Notes: generated by a model not told the origin, from the letters alone. 64,000 nucleotides of DNA from Gemmatimonadaceae bacterium (GCA_036507855.1 DATCIJ010000073.1:4433-68432); one strand, 5' to 3'; counted from the first letter of the stretch, positions 38,619 through 49,045 are shown. A program made the numbers and translations.

Positions 38619-39697
38619 GTCGCCCCGCCCAGATACACTCGTGGCGCCCGTAACCCGAGACCAACCAGCACTTCGTACGGCGACAACTCTCCCGATGCCG
38701 CGACGTCGGCAATCGCGAGTTCCCGATTGCCCTGCCGGCCGAGGAACGTGGCAACGTCCCCAACGGCGCAGTCGATCCCGGTCACATCGACCATGGTCAT
38801 GTCCATCGTCACGATGCCGGCGATCGGCGCGCGTTCCCCGTTTACCAGGGCCACACCTCGATTGCTCAGGCTGCGACGAAGGCCATCGGCGTAACCGGCG
38901 GCGACCGTCGCGACGTGCCGTGCACTGTCAGCGCGCCAGGTCGCGCCATAGCTGACCGTCTCACCAGCTTCGATCCGGCGAAGCTCCACGACGCGCCCGT
39001 GGAGCGACGCCACCGCGCCGGGCGCGACCGCGGATCCCGTTCCCCCGCCAACCCCGTACAGGGCAACGCCGGGCCGGACCAGGTCCCACGGCGACGTTTC
39101 CTGACGCTCGATCGCGGGACTGTTCTCCGCGTGCAGGTACTTCGGCCGGGTCGGCAAGACCGCGACGGCTTCCTCGAATCGCTGCTGCTGCAATTCGAGC
39201 GAACCATCGTTCGCATCGGCTGAATGGAAATGGGTGAACGCGCCCTCCGGGGGCGACGCCTGTATCGCAGACACGTGTTCCGACACGCGCTGCCACGGCA
39301 TGCCGGCTCGATTCATTCCGGTATCGATGGCCAGGTGCCACTCGGCGCTGCCTGACGAGTTCCACGCCTTGATCCGCTCGACGTCACCGAGCGTCGGCGT
39401 CAGGCGATGCGCACGAGCCTCGTCGAACTCATCGACCAGTAGCGGCGTGAAGACCAGGACCGGCCGGGAAATGCCTATCGAGCGAAGACGCGCACCCTCG
39501 GCGACGGTGGCGACCCCGTATCCCCAGGGAGCCATGAGCTCCAATGCTCCGACCACGGCCTCAACGCCCAGGCCGTAGGCATCGGCCTTGACCATGGGGA
39601 GCAACGGCACGCGCGCCCGCTGGGCAAGCATTGACGCGTTTCGTTTCAGCGCACCGAGGTCCACCTCTACCCAGGCGCGCCGCTGGTCGTGCCGCAT
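38615..39697 (-). CDS. alr: alanine racemase
   Basis: PMVKADAYGLG PLP-lysine motif. ATG 39697 (MRHDQRRAWVEVDL). Confidence 0.9.
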   Translation of the reverse strand: MRHDQRRAWVEVDLGALKRNASMLAQRARVPLLPMVKADAYGLGVEAVVGALELMAPWGYGVATVAEGARLRSIGISRPVLVFTPLLVDEFDEARAHRLTPTLGDVERIKAWNSSGSAEWHLAIDTGMNRAGMPWQRVSEHVSAIQASPPEGAFTHFHSADANDGSLELQQQRFEEAVAVLPTRPKYLHAENSPAIERQETSPWDLVRPGVALYGVGGGTGSAVAPGAVASLHGRVVELRRIEAGETVSYGATWRADSARHVATVAAGYADGLRRSLSNRGVALVNGERAPIAGIVTMDMTMVDVTGIDCAVGDVATFLGRQGNRELAIADVAASGELSPYEVLVGLGLRAPRVYLGGAT

Positions 39698-39726
39698 TGA
39701 CGTCCCGATTCGGGGGCGGGTAGTAT
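39697..39726 (+). promoter_or_regulatory. sigma70-like promoter for mazG
   Basis: TTGACG (39697-39702), 18 nt, TAGTAT (39721-39726), then GGGGAGG about 4 nt before ATG 39746. Overlaps the divergent alr start codon. Confidence 0.35.
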
Positions 39727-39745
39727 ACCCTGTCCCGGGGAGGCT

Positions 39746-40543
39746 ATGCAACCCAAGGCTACACTTGAAGATACGCTCGCGCTCATGCGCGATCTACGCG
39801 CCCGCTGCGAGTGGGACGCGGTCCAGACACACGAGTCCTTGAGGCCCTACCTGGTCGAGGAGGCGGCGGAGCTGGACGAAGCCGTCCGACTCGGCGAAGA
39901 CCCGCTGATCCGCGAGGAACTCGGTGACGTTCTGCTGCAGGTGCTTTTTCATTCTGTCATCGCCGAGGAACGCGGTGCGTTCGACGTGGCGGAAGTGGCC
40001 GGCGGTCTCATAGCGAAAATGCGGGCCAGACACCCTCACCTCTACGGCGGCGGAGAGCGCGAGCCATGGGAGCGCCTGAAGGCGCGCAGGAGAGCGTCCA
40101 TCGAAGACGGACTTCCGCCCGGACTGCCGTCGCTGCATCGCGCGCATCGCCTGCAGGATCGCGCGGCGGGCGTCGGGTTCGACTGGCCTGATGTCGAGGG
40201 CCCTGCCCGAAAGGTCGATGAGGAGATGGCCGAGGTCCGCGCTCATCTGCCGTCGGGCGCGAAGCCCGATTCCGGTACTCGTCAGGCAGAGCTGGAAGCG
40301 GAGCTGGGGGATCTTCTCTTTGCCGTCGTGAATCTCTGCCGGAAATGCGGCGTGCACTCCGCGCTCGCGCTCGACGCGGCGAACGAAAAGTTCGTCAGGC
40401 GCTGGACGGCGATCGAGCGATTGGCGGCTGAGCGAGGGATTGATGTTCCGAGCGCCGGACTGGAGACCCTCGACGCGATGTGGGATGAAGTGAAGAGGGA
40501 CGAGGCCAGAGGCCAGAAGCCAGAGGTCAGAGACGCGGAGTAA
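39746..40543 (+). CDS. mazG: nucleoside triphosphate pyrophosphohydrolase MazG
   Basis: Two MazG-type domains (EEAAELDEA...ELGDVLLQV and EEMAEV...ELGDLLFAVVNL). The last roughly 13 codons lie inside a repeat block. Confidence 0.9.
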   Translation: MQPKATLEDTLALMRDLRARCEWDAVQTHESLRPYLVEEAAELDEAVRLGEDPLIREELGDVLLQVLFHSVIAEERGAFDVAEVAGGLIAKMRARHPHLYGGGEREPWERLKARRRASIEDGLPPGLPSLHRAHRLQDRAAGVGFDWPDVEGPARKVDEEMAEVRAHLPSGAKPDSGTRQAELEAELGDLLFAVVNLCRKCGVHSALALDAANEKFVRRWTAIERLAAERGIDVPSAGLETLDAMWDEVKRDEARGQKPEVRDAE

Positions 40544-40584
40544 ACCTCAGACCTATTCTGGCCTCTGGCCTCTGGCCTCTGGCC
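40502..40584. repeat. inverted pair of GAGGCCA heptamer tandem repeats (long imperfect hairpin) between convergent mazG and the DinB-family gene
   Basis: GAGGCCAGAGGCCAGAAGCCAGAGGTCAGAG ... TTCTGGCCTCTGGCCTCTGGCCTCTGGCC. Both stop codons (40541 and 40553) lie between the arms. Confidence 0.9.
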
Positions 40585-41125
40585 TTGCCGGTCCCATTTC
40601 AAACTCACCCTCACCAAGGAAGAGGGGAGTCGCGGTCCCGTCGCCGTCGTCGTAGAAACGGACCGCTCCCGGCGACCCCATCTTCGCGATCCAGATGATC
40701 TGGCCTGTGTGGCCGGCGAAGTGCTCGACCACGTGGTAGACGGCCTCCATCACCGTCGTTTCCCTGCCCTGAATCGACCGTCGCTCCAGCAGCTCGCTCG
40801 GCAACAGCGCGCGCAGGACGTCGTCCGCCTCGCGCAGCGTCGCGTCCATGCCATCCAGCATGCCGGACGCGGTCGCCCCGCCGCGGGCCGCGAATTCCAT
40901 GTTCCGCTTTCGAACGTCCGGCTGACCGCCCACACCGCTCACGATCCATTGTCGCACGTTGCCGGAAAGATGGAGCAGCAGGTTGCCGACGCTGTTGGCC
41001 CGCTCGTTAGGTCGCCACCAGAGCCGGTCGGCCGGCAGCGACTCTACCGCCGCGCGGATCTTGGTCGGGTATTCGCGGCAGAGGTAGTACCGCGATCGTT
41101 CGAGAAACGATGCTGCTATCGACAT
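40553..41125 (-). CDS. DinB-family (DUF1572/DinB_2-like) protein
   Basis: N-terminal ...RLWWRPNERANSVGNLLLHLSGNVRQWIV and HVVEHFAGHTGQI His-triad-like pattern. The C-terminal tail is encoded by the repeat. Confidence 0.7.
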   Translation of the reverse strand: MSIAASFLERSRYYLCREYPTKIRAAVESLPADRLWWRPNERANSVGNLLLHLSGNVRQWIVSGVGGQPDVRKRNMEFAARGGATASGMLDGMDATLREADDVLRALLPSELLERRSIQGRETTVMEAVYHVVEHFAGHTGQIIWIAKMGSPGAVRFYDDGDGTATPLFLGEGEFEMGPARPEARGQRPE

Positions 41126-41162
41126 GGTTGGCGAAGCTTCAATGCGTCTGATGTGAAACTGC

Positions 41163-41188
41163 CATTCCTGTTTCCTGTTTCCTGTTTT

Positions 41189-41190
<2 letters not shown>
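41163..41190. repeat. heptanucleotide tandem repeat (GTTTCCT x3-4)
   Basis: CATTCCTGTTTCCTGTTTCCTGTTTTCT. Ends at the asnS TAG stop. Confidence 0.85.
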
Positions 41191-42496
<1,306 letters not shown>

Positions 42497-42550
42497 GGGG
42501 GCGGAAGTGAGCACGGAAAGGTAGGGACAGCGGAGATGAAGCGGGATGGA

Positions 42551-42608
42551 GAGCCCGAGCCCGAGCACCAGCACCAGCACCAGCAGCAGCAGCAGCACCA
42601 GCGAGCAG
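42551..42608. repeat. hexa/trinucleotide simple repeat (GAGCCC x2, CAGCAC x3, CAG x4...)
   Basis: GAGCCCGAGCCCGAGCACCAGCACCAGCACCAGCAGCAGCAGCAGCACCAGCGAGCAG, in the divergent asnS / histidine kinase spacer. Confidence 0.85.
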
Positions 42609-42668
42609 TACTAGTCCACGAAGCAGCAACAAGCACGCAGCTATCCCCTGGTCCCCACCAATTCCACC

Positions 42669-44159
42669 GTGACCTTAGCGTCCCGCCTCAACCTCGGCAT
42701 TGTCGCCATAGCGGTCGTGCTCGTCGCGCCACTGGTGCTGTCGTTGCGGGCTCTCCAGGAGCTCCAGAAAGACACGGCGCTGCTCCGCGATCGCGAGTAC
42801 AAGGCGACCGCGTTGTTGAATCGCATGCGAGCGGTTCACGACGACCTGGAACAGAGCACCATCTACCTCGCCGTATTCCCCAGCGACAGCTCGCAAAAGC
42901 AGTACGTGGAGCAGTTGCAGACCCTGGCCCGCCAGACCGACACGCTCGCGCTGCTCACGGAGTCGGCAGCGGTCGCCCAGATCCGGTCATCCATCACGCG
43001 GCTGAACGAGCAGACGCCGCGAGCGTTCACCTTTGCCAGGGCCAATCGGGCGGCGCGCCGCGACTCCATCATTGACCTCGTCATCTCTCCAGCACTGCTC
43101 CAGGTCGATCGGGTTCTCTCAGCCCAGGGCGCGGCGATGGAGCAGAAAACCGCCGAACAGGTCGACGATTTTGCGGTCCGTACCGCGGATGCGGCAGTCC
43201 TTGCCGTTGGCGCACTCGGGATCGCCATTCTCATCGCCTTCGGCGTCGCCGTCTGGCTCACGCGATCAATCAGCTCGCCGCTCAAGGAACTCGATGCGGG
43301 CATGCGAGCCGTCGCCGAAGGACACTTTCGCCGGCCGCTCGCCATCAGCGGCGAACGCGGTGACGAGTTCGGCCGGCTTGCCGAGAGCTTCCGATCCATG
43401 GCCGCTCAGCTCGAGGAACTGGACCGGCTGAAGGCGGAGTTCGTGTCCATCGCCACGCACGAGCTCAAGACCCCGGTCAACGTCATGCTCGGCTACCTGC
43501 AGTTGCTCCAGGAAAACGTGTACGGGGCACTGACTGACCGTCAGCGCGAAATCGCCGCTACGCTGGTATCGCAGACGCAGCAGCTCTCACGACTCATCAG
43601 GCAGTTGCTCGATGTGAGCCGCTTCGACGCAGGCGGGGGCAAGCTCGAGACGAGGCCCGTCGTGCTCCTCGAGTTCCTCGATGACCTCGAGCGGGCCTTC
43701 CGCGTGCTTGCCCTTCAGCGCGAAGTGAGTTTCGACGTGAAGAGCGACCGTGACATTCCGCATGAAGTCCTGTGGGATCCCGTGCGCATCAACGAGGTCC
43801 TCGGCAACCTGCTGTCCAACGCGTTCAAGTTCACCAACCGGGGAGGCCGGGTTTCCCTCGTGGTCGGACGCGAAGGTGATCATGTGCGCATGGAGGTGGG
43901 GGACACCGGGGCCGGAATCCCGCACGACCAGATCCCCCACATTTTCGAGAAGTTCTACCAGGCCGATACCCAGGCGCCGCTGGCGTTGCGAGGCGCCGGA
44001 CTCGGTCTGGCGATCGCAAGGAGCATCGTGACCGCGCATAGTGGCTCGATCGAGGTGGAAAGCCGGGTCAGTGTCGGTACCACATTCACCATTCGGCTCC
44101 CGGTCCGGGTCATTCGTCGCCCGTCTACCAGCGTTCCGGTTCAGGGCGCAACAGCCTGA
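42669..44159 (+). CDS. sensor histidine kinase with N-terminal TM/sensor region and HAMP domain
   Basis: Two hydrophobic segments, HAMP (SISSPLKELDAGMRAVAEGHF), H-box THELKTPVN, DTGAGIP, GAGLGLAI. GTG start. Confidence 0.85.
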   Translation: MTLASRLNLGIVAIAVVLVAPLVLSLRALQELQKDTALLRDREYKATALLNRMRAVHDDLEQSTIYLAVFPSDSSQKQYVEQLQTLARQTDTLALLTESAAVAQIRSSITRLNEQTPRAFTFARANRAARRDSIIDLVISPALLQVDRVLSAQGAAMEQKTAEQVDDFAVRTADAAVLAVGALGIAILIAFGVAVWLTRSISSPLKELDAGMRAVAEGHFRRPLAISGERGDEFGRLAESFRSMAAQLEELDRLKAEFVSIATHELKTPVNVMLGYLQLLQENVYGALTDRQREIAATLVSQTQQLSRLIRQLLDVSRFDAGGGKLETRPVVLLEFLDDLERAFRVLALQREVSFDVKSDRDIPHEVLWDPVRINEVLGNLLSNAFKFTNRGGRVSLVVGREGDHVRMEVGDTGAGIPHDQIPHIFEKFYQADTQAPLALRGAGLGLAIARSIVTAHSGSIEVESRVSVGTTFTIRLPVRVIRRPSTSVPVQGATA

Positions 44160-44170
44160 GGCGTTGTTCG

Positions 44171-46255
44171 CTATCCTACCCGGAACAGTTCCATCGCGCG
44201 CGCATAACGCTGGCTGAGCACCTTGCGCAGCGCCCGATGCTCCGGTGCCTTGAGCTCGGGATCCCGCTCCATGACCGCCGACGCCGCTTCGCGCGCCTGC
44301 ACATTGAGTGCCTCGTCGCGGATCGGATCCGCCACGCGGAACATCGGCAGTCCGCTCTGCCGCTCTCCAAAGAGATCTCCCATGCCGCGCAAGCGCAGAT
44401 CGGCGCGGGCGATCTCGAATCCATCGTCGGTGTCCACGAGGACCTGCAGCCGCGCCGCGGAGTCGGGACCACCCCGCCCCACCAGGATGCAGTACGACTC
44501 CTCGGCGCCCCGCCCGACGCGACCGCGCAGCTGGTGGAGTTGGGACAGGCCAAACCGCTCGGGATGCTCCACGATCATGACCGTAGCGTTAGGCACGTCG
44601 ATACCGACCTCGATCACCGTCGTCGCCACCAGGACGTCGATTTCGCCGTCGCGGAACCGCCGCATGATGGCGTCGCGCTCCTCGGCGCCAACCCGCCCGT
44701 GCAGCAGCGCCAGGCGGCGGCTCTTCAGGACCCCGGCCGAGAGCTCCTCGTACATGGTCGTCGCCGCCTTGAGGGCGAGCTTGTCCGATTCCTCGATGAT
44801 CGGATAGACGATGTATCCCTGCCGCCCCTTGGCCACCTCGCGGTCCAGGAACGTCATCACCTTGTCGTGGGACGAGGCTTTTCGCAGCAGCGTCGTCACC
44901 GGCCGGCGACCCGGCGGCCGTTCATCAAGCACGCTGACGTCGAGATCTCCGTACAGCGTCAGCGCCAGCGACCGTGGGATCGGGGTGGCGCTCATCAGCA
45001 GGGTGTCGGGACGCTCTCCCTTTTCACCGAGCGCTGCCCGGTGCTCGACACCGAACCGATGCTGCTCGTCGATGATCGCGAGCCCAAGACGACCGAACCG
45101 CGTCTCTTCCTGCACGAGCGCATGCGTCCCCACCGCGAGCAGCGGCTCGCCGGAGGCGATCCGCCGGTCCGCCTCACGTCGCTCCGCTGAACCGAGGCTG
45201 CCCGTGAGAAGAACCGGCGCGATCCCGAGCGGCGCCAGCAACGACCCCAGCGTGCGTGCATGCTGCTCGGCCAGCAATTCGGTCGGCGCCATCAGCGCAG
45301 CCTGATAGCCGTTCTCCATTGCCAGCAGCGAGGCGAACACCGCCACGACCGTCTTGCCGCTCCCCACGTCACCCTGCAGCAGCCGGTGCATCCGCCTGGC
45401 CGAGCTCATGTCGGCGAAGATCTCGCGAACGGCCCGGGTCTGGGCCCCGGTGAGTGTGTACGGCAACGCTTCCTTCAGACGCGTCGTCAGGGTCCGTTTC
45501 AATTCGAATGAGATGCCGGCGCGTGGCGCCCGAGCGACCGTATTGGCGCGACGGTGGAGTATCTGGACGAAGAACAGCTCGTCGAATGCCAGGCGTGCGC
45601 GTCCCCGCTCCGCTTCGGCGACGGTGCCCGGTCGATGAACCAGGCGCAGCGCCTCGTGCAGGCCGGGCTGGCCCACCGACGAGCGCAACTCGTCAGGCAG
45701 GTGTTCCTCGACGAGCGGAATCAGCGCATCCAGGTGCTGGTCGATCAGTGCGCGCAGCTGCCGGACGGTGATTCCCTCGGTGGCCGGATACACGGCCAAC
45801 ACGCGCCCTGCGGCGCTGCCGGGATCTTCGGCACCCAGGTTCACCCACTCGCGCGGCTGCAATTGCCGGCCGTGAAAGAACCGGCAGGGTCCATTCAGCA
45901 GGAGCACGTCGTTCTTCTGTATGCTGCGATCGAGGAAGGGCTGGCCCGGCCACGCGCACTCGATCATCCCCGATTCGTCGCGCACCACCGCCTGGAAGAT
46001 CCTGAGCCCCTTCCTGGTCGGCAGGATGCCCTTGGAGACCACTCGCCCGATAATCGTGACCTCCTGTCCGACATCCACCGACCTGATAGGCGTGATGGTA
46101 CTGGCGTCGTCGTACCGGTGAGGGACGTGATAGAGCAGGTCGCCGGCGGTATGGATGTTCAGCCGATCGAGGAGTTGGGCACGACGTTCGCCGACGCCCT
46201 TGAGAAACTGCACGGGCATCTCGAAGTAGAGCCGCGACCGCGCTGTCGCCGCCAC
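44171..46255 (-). CDS. recG: ATP-dependent DNA helicase RecG
   Basis: Wedge domain, Walker A GDVGSGKT, DEQHRFG, QLHQLRGRVGRG. GTG 46255 or ATG 46219. Confidence 0.9.
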   Translation of the reverse strand: MAATARSRLYFEMPVQFLKGVGERRAQLLDRLNIHTAGDLLYHVPHRYDDASTITPIRSVDVGQEVTIIGRVVSKGILPTRKGLRIFQAVVRDESGMIECAWPGQPFLDRSIQKNDVLLLNGPCRFFHGRQLQPREWVNLGAEDPGSAAGRVLAVYPATEGITVRQLRALIDQHLDALIPLVEEHLPDELRSSVGQPGLHEALRLVHRPGTVAEAERGRARLAFDELFFVQILHRRANTVARAPRAGISFELKRTLTTRLKEALPYTLTGAQTRAVREIFADMSSARRMHRLLQGDVGSGKTVVAVFASLLAMENGYQAALMAPTELLAEQHARTLGSLLAPLGIAPVLLTGSLGSAERREADRRIASGEPLLAVGTHALVQEETRFGRLGLAIIDEQHRFGVEHRAALGEKGERPDTLLMSATPIPRSLALTLYGDLDVSVLDERPPGRRPVTTLLRKASSHDKVMTFLDREVAKGRQGYIVYPIIEESDKLALKAATTMYEELSAGVLKSRRLALLHGRVGAEERDAIMRRFRDGEIDVLVATTVIEVGIDVPNATVMIVEHPERFGLSQLHQLRGRVGRGAEESYCILVGRGGPDSAARLQVLVDTDDGFEIARADLRLRGMGDLFGERQSGLPMFRVADPIRDEALNVQAREAASAVMERDPELKAPEHRALRKVLSQRYARAMELFRVG

Positions 46256-47185
46256 CTATTCCTCCAGCACCTCGCGCGCGAACGCGTCCGCGTCGAACAG
46301 TTCCAGGTCACCGACCTGCTCCCCGGTGCCAAGGAACTTCACCGGCGCGTCGATGGCTTCGTGCACCGCCACGACGATGCCTCCTTTTGCCGTGCCGTCC
46401 ACCTTGGTCACCACCAATCCGGTGACGGGGACGGCGGCGGCGAATGTCTTCGCCTGCGCGACCGCGTTCTGTCCAATCGTGCCGTCGAGCACGAGCAGCG
46501 TTTCGTGCGGGGCGTCCGGGCGACGCTTGCGAATGACACGCTCCACCTTCTTCAGTTCGTCCATCAGCCTTTCGCTCGTATGCAGCCGGCCAGCGGTGTC
46601 GACGATGACGACGTCAGCGCCTCGTGTGGTGGCGGCGTCGATGGCGTCGAATGCGACTGCCGCCGGATCACCGCCTGGTTGGCCGCCGACAAAGTCCGCT
46701 CCCACCCGGCCCGCCCAGGCCCGAAGCTGGTCCATCGCACCGGCACGGAACGTGTCGGCTGCCGCCACAACGACACGCTTCCCCTGCCCGCGCAATCGCG
46801 CAGCGAGCTTGCCGATGAACGTGGTCTTCCCCGCGCCATTCACGCCAATCACGACGATGACCGTCGGCTTCTGCGCGCTGAGTGTGAGGCCGGGATCCGA
46901 CGAACCCGTTCGAAGCGAAGTGGCAATGCTGCTGCGTAGCGCGGCGAGGAACTCCGCTTCCGACTTGATCGTGCCACGCATCGCCAGCCGCTTCACCTCG
47001 TCAACGAGTCGAAGAGTGACCGGCACGCCAAAGTCGGCTTCGAGGAGCAGTTCCTCGAGGTTCTCGATCGAGCCGGCCTTGACTCCTCCGCGCGCGAGAA
47101 CCGTGACGTCGGCGAGCGCGACGTCCTTGATGCGCTGCCAGAGTGAACGCCGCGGAACGTCGCCGGCTTTACGAAGAAGGGGCAT
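46256..47185 (-). CDS. ftsY: signal recognition particle receptor FtsY
   Basis: GVNGAGKTTFIGKLA, DTAGRL, TKVDGTAKGG SRP-GTPase motifs. Confidence 0.95.
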   Translation of the reverse strand: MPLLRKAGDVPRRSLWQRIKDVALADVTVLARGGVKAGSIENLEELLLEADFGVPVTLRLVDEVKRLAMRGTIKSEAEFLAALRSSIATSLRTGSSDPGLTLSAQKPTVIVVIGVNGAGKTTFIGKLAARLRGQGKRVVVAAADTFRAGAMDQLRAWAGRVGADFVGGQPGGDPAAVAFDAIDAATTRGADVVIVDTAGRLHTSERLMDELKKVERVIRKRRPDAPHETLLVLDGTIGQNAVAQAKTFAAAVPVTGLVVTKVDGTAKGGIVVAVHEAIDAPVKFLGTGEQVGDLELFDADAFAREVLEE

Positions 47186-47195
47186 TGAACGGCGA

Positions 47196-47237
47196 GGAGA
47201 CAGGAGACAGGAAACTGGAAACAGGAAACAGGAAACA
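47196..47237. repeat. heptanucleotide tandem repeat (GGAGACA x2, GGAAAC(T/A) x4)
   Basis: GGAGACAGGAGACAGGAAACTGGAAACAGGAAACAGGAAACA. Fills the spacer between the membrane-protein stop (47240) and the ftsY ATG (47185). It is the reverse complement of the 41163 block unit. Confidence 0.9.
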
Positions 47238-47239
47238 AG

Positions 47240-49036
47240 TCATCGGAGTCCCAACCTCCGCCGGACGATCCACTCCACGCAAAGAGACACGATCACAATC
47301 GCAAAGATCCAGCCGATCCCGCGCAATCGCGGCGCGTCCGTGAGTGCTTCGCCCGTGCCGATCTCGCCCTCAACCACTGTCGGACGGCGCGGCAACACCT
47401 CGGCTGAGGGATTCACCACCAGGACGGACGACCCTCCCTTCGTCGTGATGTCGTACACTCCGGCCGGCCGCGGAGGCGATTCCGAGAACAGTGATCCGGC
47501 CGGGAAGCTTACCGTAATGGAGTCACTCGTGCCGGTACCGCGCCTGACGAGCGTTACCGGCACGACCGTGTCGGTTGGCAGGCCGCGTCGCCAGCGAATG
47601 GACTGTCCTTCGCGAACGGCGCCGTCGGCCGGGCTGGCTGCACGATTGTCGGCGCGCTCGGCCGCCAGCCAGTCGATGATGCTGCCCCAGAACGCGGAGT
47701 GGGCGGCAGCGGGTGCGCCGCCGCGGAATCGCCACCGCCAGAATCCGGATGCCGGCACGAGCACGGTTCGCTTCGGGCGATCCCATCCCATGGCCGCCAC
47801 GCGACGTTCCAGCCGGCGAGCGCGGCGCGTCTCCAGCACCTCGAAGTTGCCCGTCCCGACCACCGGAGACACTTCAAGGGGTGGCAGACTGTCCCACGCG
47901 GATCCGCCGAGGGCCGTCGCCATGGGAGACGCCGGCGCTCCGGTGGCGTACCATTCCTCCGCCGGCGTTGAGGGCGTCGCGACGAGCAGCAGCGATCCGC
48001 GGGCGAAGGTCCTTGGATCCCCGAACATCGCGGTGTCTCCATGCAGGACCAGAAGCGGCGCCTCGCGAGCCGCGCGCCGCACTTCTTCTTCGGAGATCAT
48101 TCCCAGCGATCCCTCTTCGCGCCAGCGCTCCGGGGCCACACGATAGAATCCCCGCGTCGGCAACAGGACGGTTCCGCGGAGCACCGTTGCGAGGTCGCGA
48201 ACGTCATAGTCGGGCGCGGTCGAAACGACGACTGCCCCGGCGCCAGGCATGACGTCGACCGCCACGGCGAGGGAGTCATTGGCCACGGTCCGGTCCCCCG
48301 GCGCGGTGAGCGCCGCGGCGATGAGAACGGCACCGGTGACGTTAGGCACGGGCAGACGAGTACGAACCACTCGCTCCCCGTAGGGCCCCACCGAGTCGAC
48401 CGACACCGTCGCGAGAACCCGATCGCCCAGGCGGAGTGTCAGGCGTGAGGGGGGACCCCCGCGGACGGAGGCGGTCAGCACCACGTCGACATCGAGCGTG
48501 TCACCGCCGACCGTGGCCCGCACGACGCGCAGCTCGGAGATCGCGACGTCCGCCCCATCCTCCGCTCGCACGACGACGACACCCGAGCCACCCACGAGCG
48601 GCGTCAGCGCCTCGGCGTCCTCCAGTTCCCCATCGGTGTAGATCCGGAGCGGGCGACCTTCCGCCACCGCGCGTTCGACGGCCGGGCGCACTCGCGAGGC
48701 GACATCGGCCGGCGTGCGCGTGCCGCCATCGACACGCGTCGAATCCCCGAAGAGAAGCAGCTCGCCGTCGGCTTCTCCGCGGGCCCGTTTCAGCGCAGTC
48801 TGGAAACGCGTTGAATCACCATCGCGCAACCAGCTCGCCGAAGCGTCCAGCGCCACCAGTGCCGGCGCCGGGCGCGCCGCCCCGAGGGCAGCGTTCAGGA
48901 TGAGCGCCACGAGACCCGTGACCGCAATCAGGCGTAGTGCCGCGGAAACGAGCGTCAGCCCCGAACCCGGTCGGAGTCCGTAGACGATGACGACGGCCGC
49001 TGCGCCGGCGACGAGCGCCGCGATCCAGATCAGCAT
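47240..49036 (-). CDS. hypothetical membrane protein (N-terminal double TM, C-terminal TM anchor)
   Basis: MLIWIAALVAGAAAVVIVYG...LTLVSAALRLIAVTGLVALILNAALG at the N-terminus and GIGWIFAIVIVSLCVEWIVRRR at the C-terminus. No catalytic motif recognised. Topology is reminiscent of BatA-type N-terminal double-TM proteins. Confidence 0.5.
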   Translation of the reverse strand: MLIWIAALVAGAAAVVIVYGLRPGSGLTLVSAALRLIAVTGLVALILNAALGAARPAPALVALDASASWLRDGDSTRFQTALKRARGEADGELLLFGDSTRVDGGTRTPADVASRVRPAVERAVAEGRPLRIYTDGELEDAEALTPLVGGSGVVVVRAEDGADVAISELRVVRATVGGDTLDVDVVLTASVRGGPPSRLTLRLGDRVLATVSVDSVGPYGERVVRTRLPVPNVTGAVLIAAALTAPGDRTVANDSLAVAVDVMPGAGAVVVSTAPDYDVRDLATVLRGTVLLPTRGFYRVAPERWREEGSLGMISEEEVRRAAREAPLLVLHGDTAMFGDPRTFARGSLLLVATPSTPAEEWYATGAPASPMATALGGSAWDSLPPLEVSPVVGTGNFEVLETRRARRLERRVAAMGWDRPKRTVLVPASGFWRWRFRGGAPAAAHSAFWGSIIDWLAAERADNRAASPADGAVREGQSIRWRRGLPTDTVVPVTLVRRGTGTSDSITVSFPAGSLFSESPPRPAGVYDITTKGGSSVLVVNPSAEVLPRRPTVVEGEIGTGEALTDAPRLRGIGWIFAIVIVSLCVEWIVRRRLGLR

Positions 49037-49045
49037 CCGGGAAAA

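Noticed and set aside
42497-42598. MLLLLLVLVLVLGLGL... at the start of track ORF 41189..42598, read as a signal peptide on AsnRS.
   Set aside because: It is simply the translation of the CAG/CAC simple repeat. AsnRS begins at ATG 42496 (MNRVHDF...).
44140-44175. Bidirectional terminator hairpin between the convergent histidine kinase and recG (GCGCAACAG...CGTTGTTCGC).
   Set aside because: The stem is only 7-8 bp with a bulge, there is no U/A tract, and the arms overlap both coding ends. Too weak to call.
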